Of a stretch of 64,000 bases of DNA, positions 11,555-23,562 are shown in pieces. How positions within the stretch are numbered: position 1 is the first letter of the stretch; every line of letters begins with the position of its first letter. The stretch covers positions 372,001 through 436,000 of the forward strand of contig OZ218953.1 of NCBI GenBank assembly GCA_965112735.1. Direction: 5' to 3'. The notes beneath the pieces were generated by a model. It had not been told where the DNA came from and did not search any database. It saw nothing but the letters and a program-made list of their open reading frames with translations. The stretch is from Phaeosaccion multiseriatum. Taxonomy: Eukaryota; Protista; Ochrophyta, other classes. Position numbers and translations under genes: made by a program.

Positions 11555-14500
11555 ATGGAGGGCTTGGCTTTGCAGCTGGCCGCGAAGGAGACCAAGCGAC
11601 GCCTCGCAGCCCTTGACGAATGCATTCCCATCCTCGCAACAGCGGCTGCAGCACCAGGAGAAGGAGACGGACAGGAGGGGTCGATCAGTCGACTGGCGGC
11701 GTCATGGCATGCTCTAGTCCAGCCTCTCTTGTCCTGCCTGAAAGACAACAACTTCAAGGTGTGCAAACACGCCTTGGACTGCTTCGGCCATCTACTGAGG
11801 GCAGGAGGGGGCATTGGGGAGGATCTCCGAACGCACTACCTCACTGCGCTTGTACCAGCAGTAGTGGAGTCATTGGGAAATACAAAGGTGCGTTGCAAAG
11901 GCTGACGTGCCTGGGCATGGGGTCAGGGAGACAATGAGGCGTCGTTGCAAGCACCAGTACTTGGCCTGTTTGGAAGAAGTCCTTCGCCAAGCTGGCTGGT
12001 CTTTTCAGTCCGGCCTTTGGACAAACTCGCAAAGCTTAGAGGCGTATCGGGGAGGGAGTCTGAGCGCCGATGCCAGAGATTCGCTTTTTCTGTGCCATTG
12101 TTTGTGTGACTGTGTGCTAGATGCGATTACATGGCCGACCAGCAGACCTACAGTTGGAGCAAAGTGGCGCAGGAAGCCTTGCTATGGATGCTCTGCTTCC
12201 GAACATCATCTGCCCCTCTGCTCTTTCGCTCAACCAGCTTGCCCCCCCCCCCCCCCCTTCATTTTTGGCCCTGACATTTTTCTGTTTCGTCCCTAACGGG
12301 AGAACAGGTCCCCACTCGCGAGGCTGCCGAGTCCGTTCTGTTGGAGATTGGCATCTGTCCACAGGTGCGTGCGTGCTCGCCCCAGTACATGTCTCGTGGA
12401 TGGCTGGGAGTTTTCTCCTCTTTGGTCCTCCTCGGACGTGACTGACTCCCCCCGTCCACCCTTTGTTCCCCTCGTGCCCTTGCACCTTAAGGTACTTGAC
12501 GCCATCGCAGCCACGGCCATGCACAAGAGCAAGCTGCTGCGCAAGGGCTTGGTGAGCGTGCTGGGGGGGCTGCTGCTTGCCCTCGCCGCTGACGGACACG
12601 ATATTCTCCTCCTACAGCCTGCCCAGGGCAAGAGTACCGCTGGCGGTAGGGGCGGCGGGCGGCGGGGGAGCCAAAATGGTGGAAGCAGCGGCAGCAGTAG
12701 CAGCAGCAGCAACAACAACAACAATAGTAGTACCGGTAGTAGCGGTGGGATATGGCTGGCCTCGTATCTCGCTGTTGGTTTGGGAGACTCTACTCCCGAG
12801 GTGAGAGAGGCGGCGACGGAGGCAGGGACCAGAGCATTGTGGGCACTACGGGCTGAGGAGGGGCAGCAAGCGAGACTCCTGGAGCAGATAGAGATGGCAG
12901 GCGTGCGACCGATCAAGATTGCAGAGCTACGGGAGGCGGCAGCGTCAGCGGCAGTTGCGGGCTCCGATGAGCCTTCCTTTGCTCGTCCCTGCCCCCCCCC
13001 CTCCGGCGGTGGTGTCACGGGGGGCAGGCGGGTGGATGAGTGCAAAGCAGCACCGACTCAAACCCCCTCGGGCCAGCAGCGGCGGCAACAACGGCCTCAA
13101 ACCACACTTCGCGACGCTGGCAGCAGCACCACAAGTAGCAGACACAACGCCGGCGGCGGGGGGGGAGGAGAGAGCTCAAGCACAGACTTGAACAGCACGG
13201 GCGGCTCTCTGAGCAACGACTCGCTCGGCAATCAGCCCTTCGCAGCCCTGTCTGCCGTCCCGCCCGTGTGTGTGCGCTCGGAGAGGGAGCTCCACAGGGA
13301 GGCAGAGCTCATCAAGGAAGGGCTCGAGCACCCCTCCGATTGGCAGAAGGTATGTGTGTGTGTGCGTGTGCACTTCTACGTGCGTCGAATGGAATGGAAA
13401 GGAGATCCACTTCCTCCCCTTGGCATCTCCTTGCCAGCGGGTGGGTACCTGCCCCCCTTTAATGCTCTCTCCTCTTTCCTCCGTCCTCCTCCCCTCCCCC
13501 CATCCCCCCATCTCCCTTGCAGTGGGTTCGATCTCTGCACCGCCTCGCCGGTGTGTCCCTCGGAGTGGAGGGCTCAGACTCGCTGGTGGCCTCTCTTGTG
13601 TCCATAGTCCGCACCAAGCTGCACGAGTTGGTGCTCCGGCGCTGCTGTGATCTGCGGAGTGCCGTGACCAGAGAGGCCTGCCACTGTATGTGTGTCATGA
13701 GCAACGCAGTGAAGGACGCCATGGCGCCGCTGGCAGAGGTGTGTGTGTGTGCATATGTGGGGGGGGGGGGAACACCGAGGGCAGGGGGCTGGAGTGGGGT
13801 ATAGAGAGGAGTCGCGGGCCGAAGGGACGCTGGCGAACGAGCAGGGCTGGCAATCCCTTTTCCCAGCTCCAGCCACCGAATTCCTCTGTCCCTCAATGCC
13901 AGTTGACTTCGCCCTCCCACTGACGCTTTTGCGCTTTTGTGCCCCTAATCTCTCCCCTCCCTTCCCCTCCCCCCCCCTGCCCTGCTCTGCCCTGCCCCGC
14001 AGCTGTGGTTCGAGGGCCTGCTGCGGAACACCTCCAACGCCAAAGAGATCATTGCCAACAGCGGTGACGCTCTCATCCGCTGCATGCTGAGCTGCTCTGT
14101 GCAGGGCTTCCCCAAGCTCGTCAGGCGTATCCTCAGGGCCGGGGGCAAGGGCGCATCGCCCATCATCCGCCTCAGGTGCGTGTGTGCGTGCGTGTGTGTG
14201 TGTGTGTGTGTGTGCGCGTGTGCGTGTGTGTGCGTGTGTGTGCGTGTGTGTGCGGGATAGTATGAGTGTCCAACGGCGCTGCTTGCTCCGCGAGCTGCTG
14301 ATGGAAACAAGGGGGCTGCCTGTCTGTTTGCCTGCCCGCCAGTCTTGAGCCCAGGCTCTTTCGTTGCTTTCCCCTCGTACGCAAAAAAGCGTAACTGTTC
14401 TCACCCCCTCCTTCCCCTGGCCCTGTTGGCCCTCCCTATCATATCTCCCTCCCCCCCCCCTCCTCCTCCTCCTCCTCCTCCTTCTTCTTCTTCTTCTTCT

Positions 14501-15542
14501 TCTTCTTCTTCTTCTTCTTCTTCTTCTTCTGCTTCTGCTTCTGCTTCTGCTTCTGCTTGTTCTTCTTTAGATGCATGACCTACCTCCGTCTGGCACTGAC
14601 CCGCTGGAGCCTTGCATCCTTCGAGCGGGAGCAGGGGGAGGTGGCGGCCTATCTGGAGAAGAACATTGTGGACGCTGATGCGAGTGTGAGAGCAGAGGCC
14701 AGGAAGACCTTTTGGATCTTCTCGAGGCGCTGCCCTGACCTTGGGGACGGGGTGTTGAATAGACTCGACCCGGCCTCGCAGCGCCACTGTTTGAAGGAGG
14801 AGAGGACTTTCGATGTGGAGGCGGAGTTTTTGGAGGTGGAGTTGGAGCGCATGGCAAGTGATGGGGGAGGGAGGAGGGAAGGGCGAGGGCGAGGACAAGG
14901 GCAAGGGCAAGGGTCAGACGAGACGGAAGGGGCACAGGAGGAGGCTGAGCAGGAGGAGGCCGTGGCGTTTGGGGTGGGGGGGGGGTTGCACAGCGCGCCG
15001 CAAAAGGGGGACAGGAGAGGGCAGAGGGGGATGGCAGTGGATGACGGCAGGGCGGCAGACGGCAGGGAGGATAACGACAGGGGGGTGGGAGGCAGAGGAG
15101 GAGGAGGAGTATGGGCGGGAGGAGGCGCGTCGTCGTCTGCTGCTGCGTATCACCACCACATGCACACAACGCACCACGCGGGGGCGACTGTGAGGGCGGA
15201 CAGAGGCGAGGCTCGACAGGCGCTCTCGTCGAGGACCATGCCTCTGCGCGTGCAGCTCCACCCGCAGGTGAGGGGTGCAGTGAGGCGTGAGGGAGGGAGG
15301 GAGGGAGGGAGGGGCCAGGTGGTGATCTGCCGCCCGCCGGCCAAGCGAAGGGGAGAAGCGGATGGCCTCAACCACGCACACACACAAACACACACCTAAT
15401 ACGTTCCTTCTCTTCCCGTCCCGTTCCACACACATATACATATATACATATATAATATATATATATATTATATATATATATTGTATATGTACACAGACAA
15501 TGCCCCACGTGTACGAGGGGGAAGAGCAGCAGCAGTCATATG

Positions 15543-15575
<33 letters not shown>

Positions 15576-18500
15576 GACACTTGGCAGCTGAGGACGATGT
15601 TGGAGGGGGCGGAGGAGCGCCTGAGGTGGGTGGGGGAGGACCGGCTCGGGCTCCTCTCTTCACACCTGGCAAGTATTTGTATCACCAACCGCTGCAGCCC
15701 GGAGGAGAGGGCCCTCCGACGGCGCAGCGAGTGCAAGTGCCCCATATACACGTCCACACGGGTGCGCAGCAAGCGGGGCAGACACTGGGGCCCATGCGAG
15801 TCCGGAGAGTCACCCAGAGGGGGGCGGCAGGGAGGGGGGTGCCGGACGAGGGTGGAGGAGAGGCGTTTCCCGGGGGGGAGGAGGGAGCGGGGGGCGGGCC
15901 CGTGGGGGGCTTGGCCGCGCTGAGGGTTTCGCGGCCTGCTGGCCCTTTGGTAGGGGAGGAGCAGCATCTGCAGCAGCAGCAGTTGGTGATACAACAGCAG
16001 CGCGCAGGTGTAGGTGTAAGTGTCAGCGCTGTCAATGGTAGGGGTGACCGACGCAAGGCGAGTGGAGCAGCGATGACAGACATTAGAGACAATAGAGGGG
16101 CCGTGAGGAGCGCTGAACAGCTTCTCAGCGAGCTCGGCGACATGCAGGGGGGGGGGGCGCACTGGGCCAACAGAGTGGACATCCTCGATGCCCTCGCTCG
16201 CCTGCTCACCGCCAATGGAGCCGAAGGAGGAGGAGGAGGAGGAGGAGGAGGAGGAGGAGGAGGAGGAGGAGGAGGCTCGTGGCTGGCCAGCGCCCCTCTC
16301 TTGGCCAAGAGGCTCTCTGCAGCGATCGCGGAGCACATCCTCAACAACCACTTCAAAGTCAGTGCGGCGGCCTTGAGCCTGCTTCTCGCCTTGCTCCACA
16401 CAAGCCCCGAGCTCCTTCTCCCGGACGCTGCCATCAGTCACAACCACCAGCAGCAGCATCAGGTCGCACCGCCCCACCACCAGCAGCAGCAGCAGTCGCA
16501 GCAGCTGGTCCTTCTCCCCTCGCTGCTCCTCCCTGTCTTCGCCTGCCTGGCCGACTCGGGGGCAAAGCAGTCCGTCAAAGCGGCCTCGGAGGCGGTGCTT
16601 GCGGCCTGCAGGGAAACGTACGCCCCACCCCTCCTCTGCGCAGCGCTGTCACCCCGGGTCATGGATGCTATGCCCAACGCTCGCGTCCGCGCAGGGCTGC
16701 TCGAGTTCCTCACGGCGATGGTGCCGGCCTCGGGCTCTTACTACGGCCAACCGGCCGCCCTAAAGGCTCTGGTGCCGCGTCTGATTGGGCTGCTCAACCC
16801 CCCCCAAAGAGGAGCAAGGCTGCCATCTGCGGCAGGGCCAAGTGCCGGCGGTGACGGCACTGATGCAGGTGAGGAGGGAGGGAGAGAGACGACAGAGAGG
16901 AGGGAGACAGGCTCATTCATCGAGGTTCTCCATACCCTGCCCCGCATCACTCTCACACGTCCTGCATCTCCGCTTGTACGTCCTTCGCTCGCTCGCCTGC
17001 TCTCTTACCGTTTCACGCCCTTCTTTGTATGGCATTCCTCTTTCCTCCTCTCCCCTCCTCTTCCCCCCTTCCTTCCCTTCCCTTCCCTCCCCACGCAGGC
17101 GTGCTCTCCTCCGCCTCATCCCACCTGCTGCGTGTGCTGTACCTCCTGGACCAAGGCGCCTTTATGGCAGTGGCCGAGGCTCTACACGGAGACGCTTCTC
17201 ACATTATGCGGCGATGGCTGGCCCACACCCTGCCTCATGCTCTACCTCATGCCCTGTCGAAAGGCACTCACTCCACCGGCGCCACCGCCACCGCTACAGA
17301 GGTAGGGATAGCAACGCATGGCGCAGCAGGGGCAGGGGCTGGGACTGGGCACTCCTCTGGTGCGAGGAGGAGCAGTGGAGCAGGAGGAGGGTGTCAGGAC
17401 GGAGGAGCAGGAGGAGGAGGGTGTCAGGACAAGGGCTCGGACGAGGGTGAGGACGACAGCTCCATGAGCCTCCGAATGCTCAAGGGCCTGGACTTTGCCT
17501 CCGCCAAGACCCATCAGAGGGTGGCGGCCCTGAGGACGCTGAGGGGGCTGGCGGAGACACGTGCCGGGGACTCTGCGTATTGGGCAAAGTACCTCGGGCA
17601 GATCATCATGCTCCTACTTGAGGGAGCGTCACATACGGCGGTGGCGGCTTCGTCTTTGCCTTCTTCTTCTCCTTCTCTTCCTCCTCCTCCTTCTTCTTCT
17701 TCTTCTTCTTCGTCTCCGTCCTCGTCCTCCTTTTCTTCTTACCCTTCTTGTGGTGCGATGGGCCCGGGGAAGGGGGAGCAAGACAAGGAGAACGCCGCCT
17801 GCAGCCTGGCCTTGGGTGTGGCGCATCGGACCAATGGCACTACCACCTCTTGTGGAGGGCAGGGGCAGGGCGAGGCAGCGGCTGGGGCTGGGGCTGTGGC
17901 CCTTGCCAAGGCTCAGAAGCTCCTCCTGCTGCGCTGCAAGTATCTGCAAGCTGTGCGCTGTCTGGCCCTTAGGCTGCCGTCCCAACTACGGCCCTACACA
18001 GAGGTGAGCAAGAGAAAGAGAGGGAGAGAGAGACAGAGGCCCACAGCCCTCGATTTGTCGTCTTTCGGCCTTACCTTACCTGAGATTAATTGCCTTAGGT
18101 TAGAAGAGAAGAGCGACGGACCTAGATGGCCGGCCCGCGATGAAGTAGCCCCGCCCGCCCTCACCAATCCAATCCTTCAACCCCTTTGCCTATCCGTCTC
18201 CTCCCTCTCTCCCCTCCCCTCAGGTGCTGACGTCTCGGCTTCTGGAGTGCGCCTCCTCTGGGGGTGAGTGTGTCCGTGTGGAGGTGGCGGCGGCTCTGGC
18301 ACAGCTCCTTCCCGTGTTCGAACCCGTCCGCTACCTGGCGTGCGTCATGCCCCAGCTGCTGCCCCGCCCCCCGGGGACCAGCACCCCCTCGGGAAGCAGC
18401 CCCACCGGGAGTCCCCCGGGGAGTAGTGGCGTGCGCTGTGAGGCGCTGCGTCTGTTCTGCGGGCTTGTTCCTCGCCTCACATCTCCACACTTGCTCAGGG

Positions 18501-19128
18501 AACTGCAGGAGGGGCCTCTGCTCGGAGGTGAGTGACTGCATGAGTGCGTGGGTGTGTGAGTGCGTAAGTGTGTGGGTGTAGATAAATACGACATCGTTGG
18601 GTTATGCCCGAGGCGGACTGACTCAGGCTGGTGCGCTGGCATGGGTAGGGCAGGGCAGCACACTCACTCCCTGGGACCTCCACCCCAGGGCCGTCCCAAG
18701 TGCGACACGTGGCAGTCGCCCCTCCCCTCATCTCTCCCTTTTTTGCCACGCACTGCCATCCCACCCCTCCTCTCCCCTCCTCTCTGCTCAGGGCTCCGTG
18801 TGGCACTGTCTGAGAGCGATCTGATGGAGCGTCAACTTGCCGTCGCCGCCTTGGTGGAGCTGTACCAGGTGCGTGTGTGCGTGTGTGCGCGTGCATGTGT
18901 GTTTGTGTGTATGTGTCACCACTGTCAGTCGGTCAGTCGCACCACCACATACCCTGCCTCACCCCCCCCCCCCCTCCCCACCCCCCGTAGGTACTGGGCC
19001 AGTCGCTCCTGCCTTTCCTGGAGGAGCTTCCCAAGCAGAGGAGGAAGCTCGTCACCATCTACATCAAGAAACGCAGCCAGAGCCAGGGCCAGACACGGCC
19101 CGGAGGGGGAGTCGCCTATCAGGAGTAG
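11555..19128 (+). CDS. CLASP: CLIP-associated protein (CLASP), TOG/HEAT-repeat microtubule regulator (multi-exon)
   Basis: TOG1 with LKDNNFKV; CLASP_N region SDWQK...DLRSAVTREAC...DADASVRAEAR...LDPASQR; later HEAT repeats (HWANRV, NHFKVS); C-terminus ALVELYQ|VLGQSLLPFLEELPKQRRKLVTIYI; TAG at 19126-19128. Confidence 0.85.
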
Positions 19129-19767
19129 CCTAGCTTAGTTCGCGTGGCTTAAAGGGTAGCTTAGCTTTGCGTACAGTAACTTTGGCAGCTTGGCAAATTA
19201 TTGACAGCCTGTAACTGACTGCATTTTCTTCCCCAACTTTTTTATTAATTTTACTGATTACTAATTCTTATGTATTTGATCTCGCTACTGAGTACGCTTT
19301 GTGGCGAGTACTCTGTGTCCAGTGAAGGACACAACGAAGAAGTAGCCCCGCCGCTGACTGACTTGTCCTTGTCAATCAGACGAGACGATCAAGTCAAAGA
19401 ATTGTGTTCAGCTCAGCTTGGGGAAGGAGCGCCCTCACTGAAGCGAGCAGAGGGCAGAAGGCAGAGTTCAGGGGGCCTTCATCTGGCTTCATGGTGGGCC
19501 CTCCCGTCCCTCGCCCTTCTCTGCTACTGCTGCTACTGCTGTATCACCAACTGCTCCTGCTGCCGAGACTCAAGGTGGAGGAGGAGAGTCCCCTCTCACC
19601 CCCCCTCTCGGTGAGTGACAAGGCCAAGTGCATCCTCCCTCCTCCCCTCCAGCAGAGGGTAGGCAACAGGCTAGCGGGGCGTCACATATGGACACAGGGC
19701 ATATGGGAATGTGCATGCCCTCTGCCTATATGCTTGTTTGTCTGTTTGTCTATCTGTGATGCCGTCC

Positions 19768-22221
19768 TCACTTTGGGGTTATCAAGTTGTTGGCGACCTT
19801 AGACACGAGCTCTGCCATTCGCTTGGAGTAGCCCCACTCGTTGTCGTACCTGACGACGCAGAAACCATCACACGCACGCACACGCACATACATACACCGA
19901 GGTCAGGCTCGTTGCTGTGCACGCAGTGAGGAACGGGGGCTGGATAGATAGATTAACAGAGAGGCCAGAGAGCTGAAACTGCGGGTAGTCACTATCGTAT
20001 TGTCGTACCAGATGTAGAGCTTGACCATGGTGCCGTCGATGACCATGGTGCAGAGAGAGTCCACGATACCTGCGCACGCCCATCGGTTGGGGGGGGGAGG
20101 AGGAGGAGGGGTTAAGACCTTCCGGACCTTCCGGGTATTGGGCAAGGCAGTGAGGCAGTGAGGACAGACTCAGAGGTGCGACGATCGCTTCCACGCATCC
20201 CGCCCTTTTATCTCTGGGCCCCTAAGCCCCCCCCCACTCTGGGTAAAGGAGGCATCCCAGCCCAGTGATGAACGAGTGAGAGTGGCGGTGACACCTCCCT
20301 TCCCTCGCTGTGAGAGTGGCAATGGACACTTCTTCCCTTCCCTCGCGCACTCACCGCTCCGCTCGTCGTTGGTGTAATCTCCAGACACAAGGGGCCTGGT
20401 CTCGTACCCCAGGATGCCCTTGAGGGGGCCCTCCTTGCTCGCTGCCTCCAGCAACCTATGGCCCAGGTGAGTTGGAGGGTGGGAGCGTGGGAGGCGGGAC
20501 GGGGAAAGGGAAAGCACCACAGAGGGAGTACAAGGGAGATTGGGAGATATATCAGCACGGCACTCCTTCCATCCCGTCTGACGCTCAGCACCTCATCAGG
20601 GCAATAAGTCAGCGAATTGTGGGAGATGGGCGCGACTCACCCGTTGACCTCCTCCTTGGTGGTGGGCCTGCCGACCTCGAACACAGCGTCAGTGATGGAC
20701 CCATTCATGAGCGGCACTCGAATCGCCATGCCTGAAAACCAGCATGCACACACAAGCAGAGACGTTAGGACGGCCTCACTACGAGCCGAAAGTGCGCACA
20801 GAGAGAAAAGAGAGGGAGAGGCATCAGTCAAACGCTGCACAGAGGTGTCAGGACAGACTGGATAGGACGGGTGTCAGGACTCACCGTTGAGCTTTCCCTT
20901 GAGCTCAGGGAATATGTTGGTGATGGCGGTGGCCGATCCCGTGGAGGTGGGAGCAAGGTTGGTCACTCCGGAGCGACACCTAAGGAGAGTAGTCGACGGA
21001 TGGCAGCGGATGGGGTAGTGGAAATAGAAAACAAGAGAGAGGTGCAAGGTCAGTGATCGACAGTGAGGGAGAGACGAGAGACGAGAGGCAGGTAGAGAGA
21101 GAAGCGCTGCTGTCCTGACACCAACGAGGCACCCACCTCCTGAGGTCCTTTTTCTTGGTCATGGGCATGTCAATGATGGGCTGCGTGCCCGTGGCGTTGT
21201 GTACAGTGGTCATGCAGCCGTGCGTGATGCCCAGCTGCTCGTGCACCACCTACTTTCCGTAATATGGAATATAGAGAAACGGCAGGAGAAAGGGTGTGAG
21301 GATAAACTGAATAGACAGTGTGTTCGAGTTAGTGGTGGACCACCTCATTGGTCGGGGCGCTGAATGAGAAACTAAATACATCGCCAATGAGCGTGTTAGC
21401 ACCGCACCACACACCTTGACCACCGGGGCCAGGCAGTTGGTGGTGCAGCTGGCGGCAGTGCAGATGAGGTGTTCGTCGGCCAGGAGGTTGTCGTTGACGC
21501 CCATGACCACGTTGAGTACGCCATCCTCCTTGACGGGGGCAGACACCACCACGCGCTCCACGCCCGCGGTCAGGTAGGGCTGCAGAGCCTCCTTGGAGAG
21601 GAACTTGCCCGTGCAGCAGCACACCACATCGCACTGGTGGGGAGGGGGGGGAGGGAGAGAGGAATTCGGTTGTTTACGAATGAGCAGATCTATCTTGGAG
21701 CAAGAGGGAGACACACACTACCGGAGCTCCCGAACCGTGAGAGAAACGACACCCCCCGTCCACCTCAACAAGCAGGGAAGCAAAGCGAAAGTGCCCGACG
21801 ACAGACGACCCAACCCACCTTCTCGCCCCATGCCACGTCCTCGAGCTGCTCGCTGCAGGAGAAAGTCACCCTTTTCCCGTCGATGACGAGGGCATCACCG
21901 TCGGCCTGCACGTCCTGGCCCTGCTGCCAGGTGCCGTGGATGGAGTCGAACTTGAGCAGGTAGGCGGCCGTCTCCGCTCCACCGACCAGCTCATTGATAT
22001 GCACAATCTCTGCAAGCAGGATAAATTGAACAGAAGGGAGTGAGAGGGGTGTGAGATGGTGCAGAGGGAGAAGAGAAGGGAGGCCGAGGCAGCATGGCTT
22101 TCATGGGACTGGGAGCGACGGCGTTCCAAAACCACTCACCGCAAGAGGGGTCTTGCCACAGCAGGCGAAAGAGGCATCTGCCGATCCTGCCAAACCCGTT
22201 GATAGCAACCTTGACAGTCAT
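19768..22221 (-). CDS. gapdh: ArsJ-associated-type glyceraldehyde-3-phosphate dehydrogenase (9 exons, no targeting peptide)
   Basis: Spliced protein: [15 protein letters not shown]...[23 protein letters not shown]...[18 protein letters not shown]...[23 protein letters not shown]...KDLRR...[23 protein letters not shown]...[16 protein letters not shown]...[21 protein letters not shown]...[12 protein letters not shown]. INExxGG, SAPVKE, TGSATAI and GYExRPLVSxDY match the bacterial arsJ-linked GAPDH clade as I recall it. Confidence 0.92.
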
Positions 22222-22676
22222 GCCGTGCTTAAGCGGTGTCGGTGCTATGTTATATGCAAACACTGTGTATGGTGGTGCGTTTGCATCCTTGGCTTACGAG
22301 GCGAATGTTCCTTTGGCGGCAAAACCATCTCACTTGATTTTAGTATGGAAGGGCATGAAACCCCCCCGGGATAAAATATTTGTCCTACTGCCGAGAGAGG
22401 ACTGACATATAAATCTCAGCTCAGGCCCCTTCTCCTCCCTCCAGATAGCTGAAGAGCACAGGCTCTGGTCCTGCTCTTCCTGCTTTCCTACCGCTGCTGC
22501 TGCTGCTACTGCTGGCGGCGCACCTTCGCAGGGGAAGAATCCCCCCCGGCGAAAACACCTTCCACACAAACGGACAAGAATCTGGGGTGCGTTCCACAAC
22601 AGGCGGTGGAGGAGAGAAGCAAGCAAGCACTTTGAGCAGGGAGCAGCGCAAAGGAGAAGGGGGGCGACGAGATAGC
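22222..22676. promoter_or_regulatory. Bidirectional promoter / 5' UTR region shared by gapdh and arsJ
   Basis: 455 bp between the two divergent ATGs; contains two similar GAAWCCCCCCCGG...AAAA elements at about 22357 and 22537. Confidence 0.6.
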
Positions 22677-23529
22677 ATGGGGCCGACGGTGGAGGAGGCC
22701 GTCCCTGCCCCTGCTGCTGCGGCTGTCCCTCCCGTCGCCATCAGCAAGGCCTCCACCTCCAAGCCTCCCGCCCCCATGCACAACCTCTACACCGCAGTCA
22801 TGGGCTACAATGTCTACACCATCACGGACGGCGCTCTTCGCCTCATCGTGCTGCTTCACGCGGATAGCCTGGGTTTCAAGTGAGTTGCGCGAGAAAGGCT
22901 TCCGTAGAAGGGAGGTTGAGGGGAAGCACCTAGTAACTGTAGGCCAGTCGATGCAGCCAAACTCCATCCGTTCAGACTTTGGAGCCTGTGTTTCGGTGGA
23001 GGCCCATGGAGACTTCCCCTGAAGCTAACTCAAAGTCCCCTTTCTATCCCTCCTCTCTCTCTCTCCGCCTGTTACCATTTCTCACTCTCCGCCGTGCTTT
23101 GCTGTGGGCAGCGCCATCGAGATCGCCTTCATGTTCTCCATGTACGAGATTGCGGGGATCTTTACAAACTTATTCGGAGGTAAGGATCCGTGGGGTGGGG
23201 ATGAGTGCAGCGCAGCTCATCCTCACCTCCCTCTCTCCCTCTGCTCTTGCACCCACCTCACCTTCTCCCCCCCCCCCTCCTCTCTACTGCTGCGCTCTCC
23301 TCAGGCGTGGTGGGGTCTATGAAGGGTCTGCGCTTCACCCTCATAGCCTCCTTGCTGCTGCAGATGGTGACTCTGGGGGGCCTCATGCTCACTGACACGG
23401 TGTTCGGCGATCTCGAAGATGCGCGAGGGCAGACGAGGCTCCAGGCCACGGTGTACATCACTGCGTGGCAGGCGCTGGCGGTAAGAACTGACGAAGTGTG
23501 AGATGTGGTTGAGAGTGTGGTTGCGTGCT

Positions 23530-23562
<33 letters not shown>

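Noticed and set aside
19768-22221. Ordinary glycolytic or plastid GAPDH
   Set aside because: No presequence, and motifs (INExxGG, SAPVKE, TGSATAI, GYExRPLVSxDY) differ from the canonical PSSTGAAKAV type.
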